64,000 nt of DNA from Eledone cirrhosa. Taxonomy: Eukaryota. The notes under the pieces were generated by a model. It did not search any database and was not told where the DNA came from. It saw only the letters and a list, made by a program, of their open reading frames with translations. Positions 57,073 through 64,000 of the stretch are shown here, in pieces (within the stretch, counting starts at the first letter, position 1; every line of letters starts with the position of its first letter). The stretch is taken from NCBI GenBank assembly GCA_964016885.1, contig CAXHJY010000940.1, positions 1-64,000 of the forward strand. The letters are read 5' to 3'. The translations under genes and the position numbers were made by a program.

Positions 57073-57651
57073 CAGTGTTTCTCAACTGGTGTTCCCCAGA
57101 ACCCTAGGGTTCTACAACAAGTCACTAGGAGTTCCGCGAGAATCAGTGATAAATAAGCTAAATTATTTTTGAGTAATTTTTGTTAATTTTATATTCGTAA
57201 TTTTACTGTACACACATGGCATATTGTTGGAAAACCCTTGGTTATTATAATAAAGGCTTCAAGGGTGGTGGATTGGCAGTATCGGTAGAGGGTCGGACGC
57301 CATGCTTTGCAGCATAGAATTATGGTCCTTTATGATCTGAGTTCAAATCCCGCCGAGGTTAACTTTGCCTTTCATCCTTACGGAGTCGATAAATTAAAGT
57401 ACCAGTCACGCACTGGGGTCGACTTAATAGACTTTCCCATCCCCCAAAATTGCTGGCCTTGTGACTATATAAGAAAGGCAAAGTTAACCTCGGCAGGATT
57501 TGAACTCAGATCATAAAGGGCCGTAACACTCTGCTGCAAAGCATGGCGTCCGCCCCTCTACCGATACTGCCAATCCACTATAATAACTTTTATGCAGGGG
57601 TTAAAACTATTTTAAGGGTTCCAGAAAGGTAAAAAAGGTTGAGAGACGCTG
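57073..57651. mobile_element. hAT-like MITE containing two opposed SINE A copies (57264-57578)
   Basis: TIRs CAGTGTTTCTCAAC/GTTGAGAGACGCTG; TSD ACATAACA/ATATAACA. Confidence 0.75.
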
Positions 57652-57824
57652 ATATAACATATGTACATTGTCCGTACCGAATCTCCGGACTACGTCGCTG
57701 TCTTTGTCAGTCAACGACCATCAATTGAAATCTTAACTATAATAAAGTAAGGAGTGCGGGACTGCATCCAGAAAATATTTCTTTACCCCGTTAGTAAAAT
57801 AAGTTGGATTACTTTGAATAAATA

Positions 57825-58008
57825 GTTGTTTCTACTTTTTGGCACAAGGCCAGCAATTACCCAGTGCATTACTGGTACTTTATTTTATCGACCCCGTAAG
57901 GATGAAAGGCAAAGTTAACCTCGGCGGGATTTGAACTCAGAATGGCAAGGGCCATAACTCTATGCGTCAAAGCATGGCGTCCGACCCTCTTGCGATACTG
58001 CCAATCCA
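57825..58008 (-). mobile_element. SINE family A
   Basis: Family A consensus. More copies lie at about 34966-35120, 41638-41980, 58815-59040 and 61212-61372. Confidence 0.85.
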
Positions 58009-58713
58009 GAATAAATAATGAATGAATATTACACAATTTATGTGCTAAATTTCGTGGCTGTTGATTAAATATATTTTATAGCTAATTTAAAGATCTTTAA
58101 AATTCACTTCTTTAACATTTTCAAATGTCAACACTTCCGGTTAGCGGCCGTTATATTATAACACATATAAAAATATTGCATATATTTCCGTCGCTAATTT
58201 TCTCCTCATGCAGTGTATATATAATATCGTCTTTTTTTAAATGTATCATGGATTACGTTACTGATTACATAAGACAGTGTAACATAGACTCCGTTCAATT
58301 TCTGTGTATATAGTCAATTACGATTTTATTTGATGTATCATATCTACATGCATATATATTTGTGTATAATATCAATATACACACTACACATGCGAGTAGA
58401 AAACCACCAGTTGGGTGGTTTTTCTGCTAGTATATGTAAGAGAACTTTATGTAGTATACGCTTGTTTGTGTATAGCACGAAACGACCATAATGTACCGGA
58501 AAACCCGGAAAAAATCGAATATGCTCTTATGAACTGTTTACAAAGCAAAATAACGACTGCTACAGGTCATGAACTATTACAAGAAGTTACGAATGTGTGT
58601 GAATATAGTATATGAAAGTGAATATATCTTACAGTTAGACTGAGAATTAGTGAGAGCATTCAATAAAAATGAAACATTAAGCTTTGAGCTATTACTTGTT
58701 TACTTATGTACTC

Positions 58714-58745
<32 letters not shown>

Positions 58746-59756
58746 CATGTGTGAGTGTACATGTGTGTGTGAACGTGTGTATGAGCAAATGTTATATATA
58801 AATATTGATTCTAATTTAGGCAGATGGCCAGAAGCTATTTCTTGGGAGGAAGGAAAAGGCAAATTAAATGCTTAATTAAATCAACTCCAGTACTTGACTG
58901 CTACTTTATTTTATCGACCTCGGAAAGACGAAAAGCAAAGTTCCCTCAGTGGGATTTGAACCCAGAATATAAAGAGAGAAAGAACAAACACTCCATTGGC
59001 ATTTTATCCGACGCTTTACCAATTCTGCCAATACAACACCCTTATCTTATATATGAATATTTCTAACTTAGGTACAAGGCCAGCAAATCTTTTTTTTTAT
59101 GAATGAAAGATTATTTTAGGGATGAGAATAGGTCATATGCTGACCTCAGAAATAATTATATTTGTTCATTGAATAAAACCAACAAAGATTTAATATAGTA
59201 GGTTTGTTTGGGAACAGGTTTTGAATTAACCAATAGAAAGGTAATAATTGGCCAAATGGTAAAATAGTAGTAATTGAAAATTATTTTGGGGTAGCAGAAG
59301 GCAGATTTCAGTTTTGAATGGAAGGAGTATGAAGAATGAAAAGTTTATTTTAAAATAGGTTAGGTCAGTAAAAGGTAACACGAAAAGTTGCTGTTATAAA
59401 GGAATAATGCCAATGTAAATATCTAAGGAGACTAAAATTTTACGATAAAAGTGTTAGTGAAAAAAATATATATGGAATTTACATCTATGAAAAGAATATA
59501 AATTAATTTAATTGATGGGTATATTTATATTGATAAAATTATATTAATGCATATAGATATGATAAATAATCTTTCATTCATAATATTCTTTCCATCCTAA
59601 ACTGAAATCTACCTTCCTCTACCCATAAATTAAGGTTCTTTTACTACTATATTACTATCTTGACCTTCACTATCTTTCTATTGGTCATTTCAAAACCTGT
59701 TCCCAAACAGACCTATTGTATTAAATCTTTGTTGGTTTTTTCAATAAACAAATATA

Positions 59757-59890
59757 ATTATTTCTGAAGACAGCATATATATGTGTAGGTATGTATACTC
59801 CCTCTGATAGTTTGTAAAAATTTTACATAGATCTATAGGATATGCATACCAACACTAACATATATATCCTAGAAACGATCGTAAAATGGT
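59757..59890 (+). ncRNA. Type I hammerhead with ~100-nt stem II (homolog of 46099-46252)
   Basis: ATTATTT-CTGAAGA(59764-59770)-long stem II-GAAA-CGATCG-TA-AAATGGT. Confidence 0.75.
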
Positions 59891-60420
59891 GAATTTTTTA
59901 ATATAAGGAACTGTTTCTTTGTTTATTCATTATTTTATTAATTTATAATTATATATATATAATTATATATATAATTATATATATAATTATATATATATAA
60001 TTATATATATATAATTATATATATATAATTATATATATATAATTATATATATAATTATATATATATATAATTATATATATAATTATATATATAATTACAT
60101 ATATAATTATATATATAAATATATATAATTACATATATAATTATATATATATATAATTATATATATATAATTATATATATAATTATATATATATAATTAT
60201 ATATATATAATTATATATATATAATTATATATATAATTATATATATATAATTATATATATATATAATTATATATATATATAATTATATATATATATAATT
60301 ATATATATATAATTATATATATAATTATATATATATATATATATAATTATATATACATATATTATTATATATATAATTATATATATAATTATATATACAT
60401 ATATAATTATATATATATAA

Positions 60421-60875
60421 TACAGCAGCACAGACTCCACTACAGCAATGAAGAGGCGGATTTTCAGGTCTCTACGAAGGTCCGACTTCCACACCGATCT
60501 CAAGCTGTGGCACGCCGCCCAGGCCTTGCTCTTCCTCTCAACCACATCATCTTCCGTATTCCCAATCTTTGCTCCCAAATACAGGAAGTCGTCAACCAAT
60601 TCCAGCGGCTTCCCGCCTACATTAGTGATCCCAACTGAGGTTGGCTGGACATGCTCACCGACATCCAGAGTTGACATTGCACTCAGTGCTCCTTTGGGAG
60701 CCCCTACATGGACACACTAGAAGAGGAAGACCAAGGTTAACATATGTTGATGCCCTAAGGACAGACACTGGTCTGTTGGAGATGCAGGATATGGCAGCGA
60801 TAATGAGGGACAGAGACCGCTGGAGAGAACTCGTTCATGGATCTCGGGAATTTTACCCGCCTTAGATAGATAGAT
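60421..60875. mobile_element. RTE-like LINE 3' fragment with 5' inversion
   Basis: Minus strand LELVDDFLYLG..KIRLFIAVVESVLLY is joined at about 60635 to plus strand LAGHAHRH..RRGRPRLTYVDAL..DRDRWR..*; embedded in a TA/TAAT tract. Confidence 0.85.
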
Positions 60876-61380
60876 ATATATAATTATATATATATATATA
60901 TATAATTATATATAATTATATATATATATAATTATATATATATATATAATTATATATATATATATAATTATATATATAATTATATATATATAATTATATA
61001 TATATAATTATATATATATATATATATAATTATATATATATATATATATATAATTATATATATAATTATATATATATACGGAAAAAATGAAACGAAATTT
61101 CATTTCCCACTCTTAGTACGGCTGTTACTTATATGTATGTACGTGTACATACTTATATATATATATAATTATATATATATATATAATTATATTTATATAT
61201 ATATATAATTATTGTTTCTACTTTTGGCACAAGGCCAGCAATTACCCACTGCATTACTGGTACTTTATTTCATCGACCCCGTGAGGATGAAAGGCAAAGT
61301 TAACCTCGGCGGGATTTGAACTCAGAATGGCAAGGGACGTAACTCTATGCGTCAAAGCATGCCAATCCACCAAATATATA

Positions 61381-62203
61381 TACTAGCAGCAGTATCCAGC
61401 GTTGCCTGGGTAGGTAAAATAATATCTGCTTTGATGAAAAGGTGTTGATCTTAGCGACTGCTTCTCGATGACTCATCTATGGCCACACACAGGCCATGCA
61501 AGGAGGGTGGTGATGACCTCTATCACTGAGAAAAACGGGTGACTGACGAAGGGGCATGCTGGGGGAGGGAGGTAATGACCTCTAACACTAAGACAAATTT
61601 CCTCACGCTACTTGATTGGAAACCGATGAATTCTCAAATACACAACTAAAAGCTCAGACGATGTCAGTGGCCATCGTTTTGCCTTTGACCATCTATAAGA
61701 TGTGCAATGATAGGTTCTATTGTAGTATAAAAGTTGAACCAAATAAATTGATTTATGTGTAAGGTGGAGCCGAGGTTTCGAATTTGAACGAATTCGCTTG
61801 TAAAATGTGGGAGCTAGAGTCGAAAAGGCGGAAATTTGAGCGAAAAGGTGGTATTTTCGAATATTTAAGCAGCTGCCCTGAACAACAAATGCAAAATATA
61901 AAGCCATTACAGGATGTGCAATGATAAATTCTATTTTGCTTTAAAATTTGAACGAAATCGGTGGCAAAATGTGGGAGCTAGAGCTAAAAATCTTATTTTT
62001 CGATACCTAAAAGAAGGTGAACCCCCTATCGATTTTTATCTGACCCCGGAATAAAAAAAACAACGATACGCTGTTATATAGAAAACACTCCCCAATGACT
62101 AATCTATGAGCCTGTAAAGTTTCATGAAAATCGGTCGTAAGATATAGGCCCCTATAGGTAATACACAGACACACACATACTTAATTTTATATATATACAG
62201 ATG
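61381..62203 (+). mobile_element. Non-autonomous Helitron/Helentron-like element
   Basis: Begins TACTAG..CCAGCGTTGCCTGGG hairpin and ends AAAATCGGTC..(AC)n..TTTTATATATATACAGAT. Recognised by pattern only. Confidence 0.5.
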
Positions 62204-62221
62204 TATATATATAGATGAGTG

Positions 62222-62266
<45 letters not shown>

Positions 62267-62927
62267 ATTTACGTTACATTATGTATGTATGCATACATAT
62301 ACATACATACGTACACGTGAAGTGGGAATAATTGAGAGTAAATATATATATATATATATTTATTTATTTACTTTCAATTATACTTAGTACACATATAACA
62401 CACACATATATATATATTTAACTTTAACACTACACACACACATATATATATATTTAACTTTACCACCACACACACACAAATGAAATACGTTTGATGTGTT
62501 TCACATTTTACCATTCCAGTTTGCATCATCATCAATTATTTCATGCAAAACATTCATATAAAAGAGCTCGGTGCAAATTGAATATTTCAGAAAAAAAACA
62601 ACAACAAAAATGTAAGAGATGTAGGCAGAGGGACCTTTTCCATCCAATTTAAGATAGATAACAAAAAATATATATATTTATATTTATATTTCCTGAAATA
62701 TCAGCTTCTCTATTTAATTGTGTGTGTGTGTGTGTATACACACACAGACATAAACACACACACACACACGCACACATATATATATTCACATACATTCATA
62801 CATGTACATTGTGAAAGGATTTAGGCGGTCGCATAGTTTGCTAGAAATAGCACACACATTCTGTCGAATTACACATTACTGTTTAAAAAAGACCGAAGCG
62901 GGGAACTCTTTTCTTCCATTTTAAGAT

Positions 62928-62978
<51 letters not shown>

Positions 62979-63205
62979 TATGTGGTTGACGGCTGAGAGA
63001 AAGGAGTACTCAATACCGAAGTAGAGTTTCGATATTCGTTTTATTAAGGCTTAAATAGTGAGTAACGAGACTCACTATTTTGCTTTAATATATATATATA
63101 TATATAAGTAGTTCCACAACAGTTAATTCACCATTGGGAAGTGAATTCTTCTGCACATGCGTATTCGTACAATTGTTTTTCCTTTTCCGTACAATTTCAT
63201 TTAAA

Positions 63206-63246
63206 CTGAGCCGATGATCCGACTAAGGTGAAACAATTGTTCTCGG
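63206..63246 (+). ncRNA. Minimal hammerhead motif (core U4>C)
   Basis: CTGAG-CCGATGA-T-CC-GACTAA-GG-T-GAAA-CAATTG-TT-CTCGG; palindromic stem III. Confidence 0.6.
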
Positions 63247-63364
63247 AAATGATGAATTAACTGTTGTAGAACTTCTACCAAACTCGTCCCATGGACTGAA
63301 TGTTCTACTACTACGGATATAACACTCCAGTGTTCTACTATTATATCAATATATATATATATAT

Positions 63365-63715
63365 ATGAATGTATGTATAGCATATTTTATAATATACTGT
63401 ATGTTTAATTAAAAGTATTTTGAAGACCATTCGCTATGAATTTTAAAGTAGTGACTATGTCACTTACTTATCCTCGGCAAAAACAAAGGGGAGTAATCGA
63501 CAGTACTGTTTCTTGCTCGTTAGGAGTTATCAAAACTATTCATCCCTGCGCTTCCGCCGAGAATTATAGAAGCTGGATTCTTATAGAATTCCAGTAATGT
63601 TTAAGAGCTGATTAAACAGAACGGTTGCTGGTCCAGCACAAATTAGGTATTAGTATTGGTGCTCTGAAATAGCGATGTATACATGAATGTATGTATGTAT
63701 AGTATATTTGATAAT
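63365..63715 (-). mobile_element. Diverged retrozyme-like monomer (~318 bp + terminal direct repeat) homologous to the 310-bp unit
   Basis: Shares, in order, TTTTGAAGACC, TCGCTAT, GTAATC, CTTATAGAAT, CGGTTGC and GCTCTGAAATAGCGAT. Hammerhead-like motif at 63493-63539 (-). The start (63365) is repeated at 63683. Confidence 0.75.
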
Positions 63716-64000
63716 TGCAAAGGTCAAATGTAGATATTCATAATTCCTTTATTCATAATAAGGAATCATGAATGCCACAGAAATATGTATTACGGTTGAT
63801 TATGAAAAAAGGAATTATGAATATCTTATGTGGCCTTCGTAATTATCAATACATATATATATATGGTTTGGCAAAGGTTTTTTTTTTTAATATGAAATCG
63901 TGTGTTGAAACAGACATTGTTATATTTGGGGAGGGTCATGTTGTTATAATATTGCCAGAAAAATACAGTAAAATACAAACATATATATTCTCTTCATTAC

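Overview
AT-rich, microsatellite-saturated animal genomic DNA with no host protein-coding gene that I can support. The SINE families resemble those I know from octopus/coleoid cephalopods (an inference, not tested). Almost all long ORFs in the track are translations of simple repeats. The real content is transposon debris: tRNA-derived SINEs, CR1, RTE, CRE-like and L1/Tx1-like LINE ends, hAT- and piggyBac-like MITEs, a Helitron-like element, and one decayed Penelope-like element (RT + GIY-YIG, about 46.5-48.4 kb). The main discovery is RNA-level. A near-perfect 310-bp tandem array (2102-5503) carries one type I hammerhead ribozyme per unit (11 copies, 4 on the minus strand and 7 on the plus strand, diverging from an internal inversion), which is the architecture of a non-LTR retrozyme producing small circular RNAs. 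A diverged relative at about 63.4-63.7 kb shows compensatory base changes. About 15 further hammerhead-like motifs, several degenerate, are scattered through (TA)n tracts. They include U3-A8 core variants, a family with a >100-nt stem II, and recurrent non-canonical closure of stem II. All RNA structures were read by eye; no folding or database search was run.
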